A stretch of DNA of 64,000 nt from Acidobacteriota bacterium (GTDB lineage: Bacteria > Actinomycetota > Acidimicrobiia > ATN3): NCBI GenBank assembly GCA_003577105.1, contig QEUQ01000001.1, positions 6,118 to 70,117 of the forward strand, written 5' to 3'. The position numbers and the translations under genes are program-made. A model generated the notes under the pieces. The model saw only the letters and a list, made by a program, of their open reading frames with translations, ran no database searches and was not told the origin of the DNA. Of this stretch, positions 18,031 to 28,316 are shown piece by piece (within the stretch, counting starts at the first letter, position 1; each line of letters opens with the position of its first letter).

Positions 18031-18810
18031 CTAGTCCGCGAATTGCCCCTTGAGCGGGGTCAACTCGGGGGAATTCGCGCCGGACGGCGGGCCCCATTGG
18101 TCGCGCAGATCGCTTGAATCGCTTGAGTGCTGTGGCGACATTCCATATTCAGGTTGGTCCGAATAAGTCCGGTTCAACGGCAACGATGGAGCAGCCAGCC
18201 TGGCGCTATCAGATTGCGAATCGTCCGGACCTGTCGAAATCGCATAAATGTCAACTTGCAGCTCCCGAGATGCCTTCCAGCTCCAGCCAATCCAGCCGGC
18301 GACTCCGACCACAACACCGATAGTCAATGCCGTGAGAACAATCGGCAGGAGGTCCGATGCCGAGTACCAGCCATCACGGGCCATAAACATTGGGTAGCTG
18401 ATCCGCTGAAACCCCGGGTTTGACCGAAGCGTCAGCGGTACCGCGACGACCCAAAACGCCAGGCTCGCCCAGAAGGCCCCAGCGACCGACCAGAAGAGGC
18501 GCGCCATGCCCTCGAGTCGCCGCTGTGCAAGAGCGGCTGCGAACGCAATTCCCAACGCGAACGCGGCACTGTAGAGGGGTCGCAACATGCGATCTAGGTA
18601 ATCGGATGTCAACCAGAGCATCGCAATACCGATCTGAGTGAGGACACCGATCAGAAGCACCTCGATTACCCGGCCGCGGGTGGGGCGCTCCCTCCGGGGA
18701 ATCCGCAGTCGCTTGCCCATGGCCTTGCCCGAGGCCAGAGGCGCGTCATCTGTCGCACCAGGAGTTTGGCCGGACCCGAACGGCTGCGACTCGATTGCTG
18801 AGGTGGGCAT
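18031..18810 (-). CDS. Hypothetical integral membrane protein (about 4 TM helices, Pro/Gly-rich cytoplasmic N-terminus)
   Basis: The hydrophobic segments IEVLLIGVLTQIGIAMLWL, LYSAAFALGIAFAAAL, FWSVAGAFWASLAFWVVAVPL and LLPIVLTALTIGVVVGVAGWIGW look like TM helices. I recognise no known domain. Its start overlaps the guaB3-like gene's stop. Confidence 0.5.
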   Translation of the reverse strand: MPTSAIESQPFGSGQTPGATDDAPLASGKAMGKRLRIPRRERPTRGRVIEVLLIGVLTQIGIAMLWLTSDYLDRMLRPLYSAAFALGIAFAAALAQRRLEGMARLFWSVAGAFWASLAFWVVAVPLTLRSNPGFQRISYPMFMARDGWYSASDLLPIVLTALTIGVVVGVAGWIGWSWKASRELQVDIYAISTGPDDSQSDSARLAAPSLPLNRTYSDQPEYGMSPQHSSDSSDLRDQWGPPSGANSPELTPLKGQFAD

Positions 18811-19967
18811 CAGCCCATCCCGACGCCCTGTGAACGCTGCAGCGACTTGCCTTCGGTCTGAAGAGCTGGCGCCACCATGATCTCAGCCTTCTGGAACTCC
18901 TTGAGGTTTTGATAGCCACATGTGGCCATCGAGGTGCGTAGAGCTCCAAACAAATTGAGGGTGCCATCGTTTTCGTGAGCAGGGCCGACCAGGATCTCCT
19001 CGAGCGTTCCTCGAGCGCCTGCCGCGACCCTGGTCCCTCTCGGTAGAGTCGGGTGAAATGTAGCCATGCCCCAGTGATAACCCCTGCCGGGTGCTCCCGA
19101 AGCCGCGGCAAGGGGCGAGCCAAGCATGACCGCGTCTGCGCCGCAGGCAATCGCCTTCGCCACGTCGCCGCCCGTTCGCATGCCGCCATCCGCGATGACG
19201 TGCACGTACCGACCGGTCTCGTCGAGATGGCGAATTCGCGCGCCGGCGGCGTCGGCAATCGCGGTTGCCTGGGGTACACCGATGCCGAGCACACCACGCG
19301 TTGTACATGCGTGCCCCGGGCCGACACCGACCAGAACTCCAACCGCGCCAGTGCGCATGAGATGAAGAGCTGTGGAATACGAGGCGCACCCACCCACGAT
19401 CACCGGAATCTCAAATTTCCTGATGAATTCCTTGAGGTTGAGCGGCTCTGCCTGAGTGGAGACATGCTCGGCCGAGACGACTGTCCCCTGGATGACTAGG
19501 ATGTCGAGTTCGGCGTCGAGAACTGTCTTCGCGAATTGCTGAACCCGCTGCGGCGTCAGTGAAGCGACCGCTGTTACGCCTCCACCCTTGACCTCTTGGA
19601 TTCGCTTGAAGATCAGGTCTTCCTTTACCGGCTCGAGGTAGATCTCCTGAAGGCGGCGCGTAGCCGTCTCACTGGGAAGTGCCGCAATCTCGTCGAGAAC
19701 AGGTTCGGGGTCTTCGTAGCGAGTCCACAGTCCCTCGAGGTTCAGACAGCCCGCTCCTCCGAGCCTTCCCAGCTCAACCGCCGAGGCGGGACTGACAACG
19801 CCGTCCATTGCAGACGCGATCAAGGGGAGCTCGAACTTGAAGGCGTCAATCTCCCAGGAGATGTCGATGTCATCGGGATCGCGCGTTCGGCGACTGGGCA
19901 CGACTGCGACGTCGTCGAAGCCGTAGGCCCTCCTGCCAGACTTGCCTATTCCAATCTCGATCTCCAC
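18810..19967 (-). CDS. guaB3: IMP dehydrogenase-family protein without a CBS subdomain (GuaB3-like)
   Basis: IMPDH TIM-barrel motifs are present: GFDDVAVVPS, LPLIASAMDGVV, GVGPGHACTTRGVLGIGVPQ, GGMRTGGDVAKAIACGADAVMLG. At 385 aa there is no Bateman insert. Confidence 0.8.
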   Translation of the reverse strand: MEIEIGIGKSGRRAYGFDDVAVVPSRRTRDPDDIDISWEIDAFKFELPLIASAMDGVVSPASAVELGRLGGAGCLNLEGLWTRYEDPEPVLDEIAALPSETATRRLQEIYLEPVKEDLIFKRIQEVKGGGVTAVASLTPQRVQQFAKTVLDAELDILVIQGTVVSAEHVSTQAEPLNLKEFIRKFEIPVIVGGCASYSTALHLMRTGAVGVLVGVGPGHACTTRGVLGIGVPQATAIADAAGARIRHLDETGRYVHVIADGGMRTGGDVAKAIACGADAVMLGSPLAAASGAPGRGYHWGMATFHPTLPRGTRVAAGARGTLEEILVGPAHENDGTLNLFGALRTSMATCGYQNLKEFQKAEIMVAPALQTEGKSLQRSQGVGMG

Positions 19968-20061
19968 CTAGTAACCCTTCTTTGAGACCGTCATTGAGAC
20001 CCTGCTCTGAAACCTCGCCCTAGTATCTCGCCGTTCGACCCTGCATTGGAACCTTGAACTC

Positions 20062-20087
20062 AGATACTGCTTCGAGATACTGCTTCG
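20062..20087. repeat. Perfect tandem direct repeat (AGATACTGCTTCG x2) in the divergent guaB3-like / metG promoter region
   Basis: agatactgcttcg-agatactgcttcg read directly from the sequence. It sits inside a 320-bp intergenic region. Confidence 0.4.
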
Positions 20088-20288
20088 ATCATGCAGCATC
20101 GCGGCATCGAAGCCGGCTTTCCCTGACTCTATCGCGCCCATATGACATCTGCCGCACCTCGCGAAATCAATCGGTCTCACCTGATCGTGATCGCTAGGAT
20201 CGTGACCCCGAAACATGGCCGGATGCCCTCAGGCTGCACCTGCGAGCCATCCCGGAATTAGTTGCCAAGTCGAGAAAGCGGTGACTAG

Positions 20289-21959
20289 GTGCAAGAGACA
20301 ATCCTTGTAGCAGTGGCTTGGCCATACGCGTCCGGATGGCCCCACCTCGGCCACGTCGCCGGTGTCTATCTCCCCGCGGACATCTTCGCGAGGTACCACA
20401 GGCTGAAGGGCAACCGCGTACTAATGGTCTCAGGCTCGGACGAACACGGAACTCCGATTACCGTGCGAGCTGATCAGGAGGGCGTCACCCCCCAGGAGAT
20501 CGCCGACCGGTACCACGAGGTCCTCGTCTCATGCTGGGAACGGCTCGGCATCAGCTGGGATCTGTATACGAGAACGGGAACCCCAAACCACAGAGAAGTC
20601 GCGCAGGAGATGTTCGCCGACCTCTTCGAAAAGGGGTACATCGAATCTGCGACGACAGACCATCTCTTTTGCGAGACCGATGAGCGGTTTCTCCCCGATC
20701 GGTATGTCGAAGGAATTTGCCCCAACTGTGGATTTGATAAGGCGCGCGGCGACCAATGCGACAACTGCGGAAGACCGCTCGACGCTCTCGAACTCGCCAA
20801 TCCGGTGTGCCGCCTGTGCGGAGCGACCCCGGTAGTGCGCGCATCCGAACACTTCTTCCTCAGGCTGCAGGACTTCGAGGAACAGCTCCGCGAATGGGTT
20901 GAGAGCCGAACGAACTGGCGGCCCAACGTCCGCAATTTCACCCTCGGTCTCCTCGATGAGGGACTTCGATCACGCCCGATAACTAGAGATATCAGCTGGG
21001 GAGTACCGATCCCACTTGACGGATATGACGAGAAGCGGATCTACGTTTGGTTCGAGGCCGTTTGCGGATACCTCTCCGCGTCAATCGAATGGGCCGCATC
21101 GACAGGCGACCCCGAGGCATGGCGGCGATGGTGGGACTCCGACGGTGATTCGAAGCCTTTCTACTTCCTGGGCAAGGACAACATTCCGTTTCACACCATC
21201 ATTTGGCCGGCAATCCTGATGGGCCGAGGCGGTCTGCGCCTCCCTTATGACATTCCGGCGACCGAATACCTGAACTTCAAAGGTGAGCAGTTCAGCCGGG
21301 GTCGCAACTGGGCGGTTTGGCTCCCCGACTACCTTGACCGGCATCGGGCTGATCCGCTCCGCTTCGTCCTTTGCTCGGAGATGCCAGAGACGCAAGACAA
21401 TGACTTCTCATGGGAGACATATCAGCAGCGAATCAATACCGAACTGGTCGCAACCTACGGAAACCTTGTGCATCGAGTACTGACCTTCGCGGCCAAGAAT
21501 TTCAATGGTGCGGTCCCCGAGCCGGGCGAACTCGGCGACCTCGAGCGCGAGCTCCTCGATCAGCTTCAGCCGGCATTCGAGGAAGTCGGTTCGGAAATCG
21601 AACGGTGCCGCTTTCGAGCAGCGCTCAAGGCCGCTCTTAAGCTCTGCCAACAAGCAAACGGGTACCTAAATGAGCGAGCGCCCTGGAACCAGCTAAAGGA
21701 GGACCGGGCGGCAGCTGCCACGACCATTTGGACCGCGATTCAGGTCATTGAATCGCTGCGCCGGCTCTTCTGGCCGATCTTGCCGTTCTCTTCACAGGAA
21801 CTCGGAACCTTCTATGGAGAAGCTGAGGTGCCCGCTAGCTGGGCACCGGGCCAGATCCCGGCTGGCAGGTCAATAGCCGGAGTCAAACCCCTCTTCGCGA
21901 GGGTCGACGACGAGCTGGTCGAGGAGGAGAACTCCCGAATCGGCACCGTCAGCGGATGA
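20289..21959 (+). CDS. metG: Methionyl-tRNA synthetase (class I, zinc knuckle present)
   Basis: WPYASGWPHLGHVAGVYLPADIFARYHRLKGNRVLMVSGSDEHGTPI carries the HIGH-like motif. The zinc knuckle is CPNCGFDKARGDQCDNCGR. The anticodon-binding domain follows. The gene starts with GTG. Confidence 0.9.
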   Translation: MQETILVAVAWPYASGWPHLGHVAGVYLPADIFARYHRLKGNRVLMVSGSDEHGTPITVRADQEGVTPQEIADRYHEVLVSCWERLGISWDLYTRTGTPNHREVAQEMFADLFEKGYIESATTDHLFCETDERFLPDRYVEGICPNCGFDKARGDQCDNCGRPLDALELANPVCRLCGATPVVRASEHFFLRLQDFEEQLREWVESRTNWRPNVRNFTLGLLDEGLRSRPITRDISWGVPIPLDGYDEKRIYVWFEAVCGYLSASIEWAASTGDPEAWRRWWDSDGDSKPFYFLGKDNIPFHTIIWPAILMGRGGLRLPYDIPATEYLNFKGEQFSRGRNWAVWLPDYLDRHRADPLRFVLCSEMPETQDNDFSWETYQQRINTELVATYGNLVHRVLTFAAKNFNGAVPEPGELGDLERELLDQLQPAFEEVGSEIERCRFRAALKAALKLCQQANGYLNERAPWNQLKEDRAAAATTIWTAIQVIESLRRLFWPILPFSSQELGTFYGEAEVPASWAPGQIPAGRSIAGVKPLFARVDDELVEEENSRIGTVSG

Positions 21960-22626
21960 GGACTATTTCAAGAAGCCGATACAGAATGCGCGCCGTCGCA
22001 CCCCAGATGATGTCGTCTTCATCGAGAGTAAAGAAATAGATCTCCCGCTCCTCTCCATCGGGCCAAGGCCAAATCTCTTCCGTAAAGACTCCCGGCTCCA
22101 GTAGCCGAGCTATGGAGATCGAAAGCACCCGATCAACCTCGTCACTCGAAGACGCAATGCGAGCTTGCGGATCGACAACCCCCGCGAAAGGCGTGAGCAC
22201 GAAACGACTGCCAACTGTTACGAGCGTATCCAGCTCTGAAAGGAGTCCGACCATATCCTCGGCAAGACCGATTTCCTCTCGGGCCTCGCGCCTCGCTGTC
22301 GCCCACAGGTCAACATCAGTGTCATCGCGCCCGCCGCCAGGAAAGGCCAACTCCCCCCTGTGGCTCGGCATGTGACCTGGCCTCTTGGTAATGAGAATCT
22401 CGGGGCCCGAGTCCCTCTCAACAAACGGAACCAGAACAGCCGCCTCTCGCATGTGCGGACCGATCAGCGAGGCGTCAGGGGGGACCGGCACATATGCGTC
22501 AAGTGCCGCCGTCAGCTCGTCGATCGCCGATGGTGCCGCACTCAGCTCCCAAGGCGCGGGTCCTCCGGGTCTCGCTCCACTAGGGCGCGGGATGACAATC
22601 GGATGCTCACCGTTTTGAAGAGGCAT
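21949..22626 (-). CDS. NUDIX hydrolase (CoA pyrophosphatase-like)
   Basis: The Nudix box is GELAFPGGGRDDTDVDLWATARREAREEIGL. The stop overlaps the convergent metG end by 11 nt. Confidence 0.7.
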   Translation of the reverse strand: MPLQNGEHPIVIPRPSGARPGGPAPWELSAAPSAIDELTAALDAYVPVPPDASLIGPHMREAAVLVPFVERDSGPEILITKRPGHMPSHRGELAFPGGGRDDTDVDLWATARREAREEIGLAEDMVGLLSELDTLVTVGSRFVLTPFAGVVDPQARIASSSDEVDRVLSISIARLLEPGVFTEEIWPWPDGEEREIYFFTLDEDDIIWGATARILYRLLEIVLIR

Positions 22627-22644
22627 GACTGCGAGGCTAGCAAA

Positions 22645-22677
22645 TGAAAAGGCCGGTTCTCCCCAGCGGAACCGGCC
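22645..22677 (-). terminator. Canonical intrinsic terminator downstream of groEL
   Basis: On the minus strand the sequence reads GGCCGGTTC-cgctgggga-GAACCGGCC followed by TTTTCATTTG: a 9-bp GC stem, a 9-nt loop and a U-tract. It lies about 170 bp after the groEL stop and about 25 bp before the nudix start. Confidence 0.65.
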
Positions 22678-22794
22678 AATCGTTCGCGACTCATCAACTT
22701 GAATACTCGCAATCGTCCCCTAGCTATCGACATCGCCAAGGCCAACTTGACGGAAAATTGGCGATTTACTTCTCGGGGTGCCGATTAAATGCCG

Positions 22795-22818
22795 AAGCGG
22801 GGCCGTAGCCCCGCTTCA
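22795..22818 (-). terminator. Second hairpin (GAAGCGGGGC-cgta-GCCCCGCTTC) immediately downstream of the groEL stop
   Basis: A perfect 10-bp stem with a 4-nt loop, followed on the minus strand by a partly U-rich GGCAUUUAAU. Confidence 0.45.
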
Positions 22819-22844
22819 AGCTTCGAGACGGTATGACTGATGGG

Positions 22845-24524
<1,680 letters not shown>

Positions 24525-24812
24525 CTACTTCTGGACCTTGGCCAAGATGTCGCGTGCGGTGAGGATGAGAAGCTCCTCGCCGTCAACCTTGATCTCGGTG
24601 CCGCCATACTTCGAGTAGACGACCGTGTCGCCTACCGCAACATCGAGAGGTACGCGCTGCCCGTCCTGATAGGCGCCAGGCCCAACTGCAAGGACCTCGC
24701 CCTCTTGGGGCTTTTCCTTTGCGGTGTCGGGAATTACGAGACCTGAAACTGTTGTCTCCTCTGCCTCGCTCGGGCGCACGACAACCCGATCCTCAAGGGG
24801 CTGAAGGTTCAT
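24525..24812 (-). CDS. groES: Co-chaperonin GroES (Cpn10)
   Basis: [46 protein letters not shown]... A GGAGG motif lies 6 nt upstream of the ATG at 24812. Confidence 0.95.
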   Translation of the reverse strand: MNLQPLEDRVVVRPSEAEETTVSGLVIPDTAKEKPQEGEVLAVGPGAYQDGQRVPLDVAVGDTVVYSKYGGTEIKVDGEELLILTARDILAKVQK

Positions 24813-24900
24813 GTACGTCCTCCGGTAACTCGAGCCGTCCACTTATGGAAATAGCGCCTCTTGGCGCGTGTCCGGGACAGACTTCACTGATTGGTGGGAT

Positions 24901-24927
24901 TTAGCACTCGAACTCAGCGAGTGCTAA
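24901..24927. promoter_or_regulatory. CIRCE operator (HrcA binding site) upstream of groES-groEL
   Basis: TTAGCACTC-gaactcagc-GAGTGCTAA is a perfect match to the CIRCE consensus TTAGCACTC-N9-GAGTGCTAA, about 90 bp upstream of groES. Confidence 0.9.
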
Positions 24928-25088
24928 CCCCGATAGTAGGTAGCGCAATCTCTGCTGTCAAACGGAGTCGCCTTGGCATCGGCGCCGCCGCCCCCCTAAG
25001 GCCTCGTCGATCCCGGTTTTAGCAGGTGCCGCGGGGTCCGTTGACATCGTCCCAAAAAGGCGCGACAACTCTGTAAGCACCCTGCCAG

Positions 25089-25113
25089 TCATTCGCATCT
25101 CTTCAATGCGAAT
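25089..25113. promoter_or_regulatory. Perfect 9-7-9 inverted repeat CATTCGCAT-ctcttca-ATGCGAATG in the leader of a small ORF
   Basis: Read directly from the sequence. It lies about 30 bp upstream of the ATG at 25145. Confidence 0.4.
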
Positions 25114-25144
25114 GAGCGGTCCAGCCGGTACCAGGAGGCGGCAA

Positions 25145-25354
25145 ATGCGACGTGAGACGGTCCCCACAGTTTCACAGCGCGACGACGTCCTCACCGAGCT
25201 CGATCGCCGCGCCTTTCTTTTTGACTCACCCGGCGATTATCGAGCCGGCGTTCGCGACACGCTCGCGAGGATTTCCCTCGAGCAAGAGCAAACGGAGCAA
25301 CGAGCGAAATCCGATGCGCATCGCGACATGAATTCGGAGAAGGCTCAAGGCTAG
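25145..25354 (+). CDS. Hypothetical small protein of 69 aa (MRRETVPTVSQRDDVLTELDRRAFLFDSPGDYRAGVRDTLARISLEQEQTEQ...)
   Basis: A perfect AGGAGG Shine-Dalgarno motif lies 6 nt upstream of the ATG at 25145, and the 9-7-9 palindrome precedes it. The gene is convergent with tsaD and lies between the groES promoter and the tsaD end. No recognised domain. Confidence 0.45.
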   Translation: MRRETVPTVSQRDDVLTELDRRAFLFDSPGDYRAGVRDTLARISLEQEQTEQRAKSDAHRDMNSEKAQG

Positions 25355-25428
25355 GTGTGAGCCGGCAGGCGAAGTGGTGCGCAGAGACTTGGCGACGTCC
25401 AGCCGGCACCGCTCCGCCTGCTGGTTCC

Positions 25429-26514
25429 TTATTCGCGAGATCCGCGAGCAGCCCGTGACTCCTGCGCAAGGACGAAGGGGGCTCTGAGACTTGGGGCTGC
25501 TCCAGTCGAGAGAGGCGATGCGCCGCTTTTCGCCAGGCGGAATGCCCCTGCCGACGCAATCATGGCTGCGTTGTCAGTACACAGCTCCCGCGGAGATACC
25601 AAGATGCGAACCCCCGCTTCCTCGCCTGCCTCCGTCAATCGGCTTCGCAGCCGGCCGTTTGCCGCAACACCGCCGCCGACAAGAACGTTGGTCGATCCAA
25701 AATCCACCGCAGCCTTGATTGCCTTCACAGCTAGAACCTCGATCACAGCCTCTTGGAACGACGCCGCCATGTCCGGCACCGAGAGAGCGTCGCCCGACGA
25801 GTTTTGTGCTTCGACCGCATTGACTACCGCGGTCTTCAGGCCCGAAAAGCTGAAGTCGTAGCCGTCTCGCAGCATCGCTCTCGGAAGGTCATATGCAGCA
25901 GGGTTACCGTCGCAAGCTGCCTTCTCCATGGCGGGCCCTCCCGGAAATCCCAGATCCAGATAGCGCCCTACCTTGTCAAACGCCTCTCCCGCCGCGTCGT
26001 CGAGTGTGGAGCCGACTACCAAATAGTCGCCCCAGTCCCTTATTACGACCAGCATCGTGTGACCGCCGGAGACCAGAAGTGCGATCGCGGGCAGCTCGAC
26101 CTCTTGGCCGCTGAGCAGAGATGCAAAGAGGTGGCCCTCCAGATGATTCACGGCCACCATCGGGACGTCAATCGCCAGAGCGAGCGCCTTGGCCCCGGCT
26201 ATGCCTACGAGCAGCGCTCCGGCGAGCCCCGGTCCATTAGTAACTGCGACTGCATCGACATCGCGCATTTCTATCCCGGCTTGGCCAAGTGCGCCGCGAA
26301 TCACTGGCTGGAGATTCTCTAGATGGGCCCTGCTGGCTATCTCGGGAACTACCCCGCCAAAACGAGCGTGCTCATCGATCTGTGATGAGACGACGACCGA
26401 AAGAAGATCGAGGCCGTTTCTCACGACAGCAGCAGAGGTCTCGTCGCAGGAGGTCTCCACCCCGAGAACAAGCCCGTCGAAGAACTCGGGAGACTTCGCC
26501 ACCGTCGCCGTCAA
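25429..26514 (-). CDS. tsaD: tRNA N6-adenosine threonylcarbamoyltransferase TsaD (Kae1/Gcp)
   Basis: VLGVETSCDETSAAVV... carries the ASKHA-fold metal-binding His context (VNHLEGHL). The gene overlaps rimI by 4 nt. Confidence 0.9.
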   Translation of the reverse strand: MTATVAKSPEFFDGLVLGVETSCDETSAAVVRNGLDLLSVVVSSQIDEHARFGGVVPEIASRAHLENLQPVIRGALGQAGIEMRDVDAVAVTNGPGLAGALLVGIAGAKALALAIDVPMVAVNHLEGHLFASLLSGQEVELPAIALLVSGGHTMLVVIRDWGDYLVVGSTLDDAAGEAFDKVGRYLDLGFPGGPAMEKAACDGNPAAYDLPRAMLRDGYDFSFSGLKTAVVNAVEAQNSSGDALSVPDMAASFQEAVIEVLAVKAIKAAVDFGSTNVLVGGGVAANGRLRSRLTEAGEEAGVRILVSPRELCTDNAAMIASAGAFRLAKSGASPLSTGAAPSLRAPFVLAQESRAARGSRE

Positions 26515-27059
26515 TTGATGCCTGCCGATAGGTCGCCAATCTCGCTCCTGATGGTCTCAAGCAACTCCCTGTAAGCCGGCCGGTTGACCTTGCGAACCCA
26601 CATCACCAACGCGTCTTCTCGCGTCTCGACGTAGTAGTTCTTCCGAACGCCCACTGCCTCAAAACCGAATCGCTCATATAGTCGCTGACCAGCCACGTTG
26701 CCCTCCCTCACCTCGAGGGTTATCGACCGCGCTCCTCTAGTAATCGCCTCATCAATGACGGCCAGAACAATGTGTTTGGCTATGCCTCTCCCCTGCCAAA
26801 GCGGATCCACCGAGATATTGGTTATGTGGCACTCATCGCCCGCCATCATCATGCCGCCGAAACCAACGATCTCCGAGCCCAGGTTGGCTACGAAGTAGGC
26901 GCGCGTGGCAGGCATCGCCAACTCACTCAAGAAGAGAGACTTGCTCCATGGCCTCGGAAAGCAAGCACACTCAATCTCGATCACCCTGTCGAGATGCGTA
27001 CGAAGCATCGGCTCGATCCTAATCAACTGCCTCTGATCGTTTGCCGGCTCAACCGTCAT
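26511..27059 (-). CDS. rimI: Ribosomal-protein-alanine N-acetyltransferase RimI (GNAT)
   Basis: The GNAT motifs WQGRGIAKHIV and GNVAGQRLYERFGFEAVGVRKNYY are present, and the gene sits in the conserved tsaB-rimI-tsaD arrangement. Confidence 0.85.
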   Translation of the reverse strand: MTVEPANDQRQLIRIEPMLRTHLDRVIEIECACFPRPWSKSLFLSELAMPATRAYFVANLGSEIVGFGGMMMAGDECHITNISVDPLWQGRGIAKHIVLAVIDEAITRGARSITLEVREGNVAGQRLYERFGFEAVGVRKNYYVETREDALVMWVRKVNRPAYRELLETIRSEIGDLSAGIN

Positions 27060-27769
27060 GACGCTGCCTCGGTCACCGCTCCGATTCGCTCCGCACGAAT
27101 CCAGTTGATCTCGGCATCTGGCTCACGCAAGTAGATGGGCTTGGCCGGCGCTTGCCTCCCCCCCTCGAGAATCGTCGCAGCCTCCTCGGTGAGCGTCTCC
27201 GCCATCGGGAATGCCGTCGCCGGCGGGGCGAATCGGCTAACACCTTCCGCAACGAATTCATCTCTGTGCTCGATTGCACCGTTGCCAGCAAAGATGGGTG
27301 AATCCACGAGTTCTCTGGCTCTCCGCGCGCACTCCGCCGGGCTCGACAGAGACATCTCCCCCAGCCGCGCAGGGCCCGACTCGTCAACTTGGTAGCACGC
27401 CCAGAAGACCTCATTGCGTCGGGCGTCAACAACAGCCACAACCGGATCGGGTGCGACGCCTGCCTGGCGTGCAATCAGATCCAGACTCGAGACACCAACG
27501 ACTGGGATCTCCAACGCGTACGCCATGAGTTCACCCGTAATGACTCCAACTCTCATCCCAGTGAAGAGGCCCGGCCCAATCCCGACTGCAATTGCATCAA
27601 GTTCGGAGACCTCGATCTGAACTTGATCAAGAAGAAAGTCAATCGCCGGCGATGTGAACTCCGCGTGGCCCCGCCCAACTCCGAGAGCTGCGGATGCAAG
27701 AAGCCGGCCATCTCGGCTCAGCGCGACTCCGGCGCGCTGGGTCGAAGTTTCAATCCCGAGAATTAGCAG
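27056..27769 (-). CDS. tsaB: tRNA threonylcarbamoyladenosine biosynthesis protein TsaB (YeaZ). The start is probably a CTG
   Basis: The reading frame upstream of the annotated ATG (27556) continues as ...TTLLIGLIETSTQRAGVALSRDGRLLASAALGVGRGHAEFTSPAIDFLLDQVQIEVSELDAIAVGIGPGLFTGMRVGVITG, which is clearly the TsaB N-terminus (MLILGIDTS-type). No ATG, GTG or TTG is available there. CTG at 27769-27767 gives M-LIGLIETS. Confidence 0.75.
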   Translation of the reverse strand: MLILGIETSTQRAGVALSRDGRLLASAALGVGRGHAEFTSPAIDFLLDQVQIEVSELDAIAVGIGPGLFTGMRVGVITGELMAYALEIPVVGVSSLDLIARQAGVAPDPVVAVVDARRNEVFWACYQVDESGPARLGEMSLSSPAECARRARELVDSPIFAGNGAIEHRDEFVAEGVSRFAPPATAFPMAETLTEEAATILEGGRQAPAKPIYLREPDAEINWIRAERIGAVTEAAS

Positions 27770-28310
27770 TGTCGTCTCCGATGGTCGTATTGAGAGGTTG
27801 CGCGTATTGCACCAAGATCGCTTCCAATGCCCCCCGCCGTTCTTTCCATTCTCCCCCGAACGCGCGGAGGCGGATTTCGCGCCCGGTCATGCCGGCTCCG
27901 TAATCGATCTCAATGCTCAAACACGCCGCAACCATCTCTATTGCCGGCAGGCCCCACTCAATCAAGGTCACCCAATGCTGGTCGAAGAGCTCCTCAATGC
28001 CAAGCTCGGCAATCTCCCTCGTAGATTCAAGGCGATAGAGATCGGCGTGGCGCAACGGTATGCGACCTTCGTATTCCTGAAGAAGCACAAAAGTCGGACT
28101 CGTCACCTGTTCCTCAACGCCGAGCCCGGCGGCAATCCCCTGAGCCAAGGTTGTCTTTCCTGCTCCGAGCTTGCCCGAGAGGAGGATTACATCTCCAGGC
28201 CTCAGCAAGGCGGCTAGTCGCCAGCCGAATGCTCGCATCGAGTCGGCTGAGCTGAGCCTTGCTGCCAAGACAGTTTGGTTCCCACTCGTCGGCGAGTCCT
28301 GCTCATCCAT
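27750..28310 (-). CDS. tsaE: tRNA threonylcarbamoyladenosine biosynthesis ATPase TsaE (YjeE)
   Basis: P-loop ILLSGKLGAGKTTLAQGIAAGL and the C-terminal TsaE fold. The 3' end overlaps the tsaB start by about 20 nt. Confidence 0.85.
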   Translation of the reverse strand: MDEQDSPTSGNQTVLAARLSSADSMRAFGWRLAALLRPGDVILLSGKLGAGKTTLAQGIAAGLGVEEQVTSPTFVLLQEYEGRIPLRHADLYRLESTREIAELGIEELFDQHWVTLIEWGLPAIEMVAACLSIEIDYGAGMTGREIRLRAFGGEWKERRGALEAILVQYAQPLNTTIGDDTANSRD

Positions 28311-28316
28311 CTCAGG

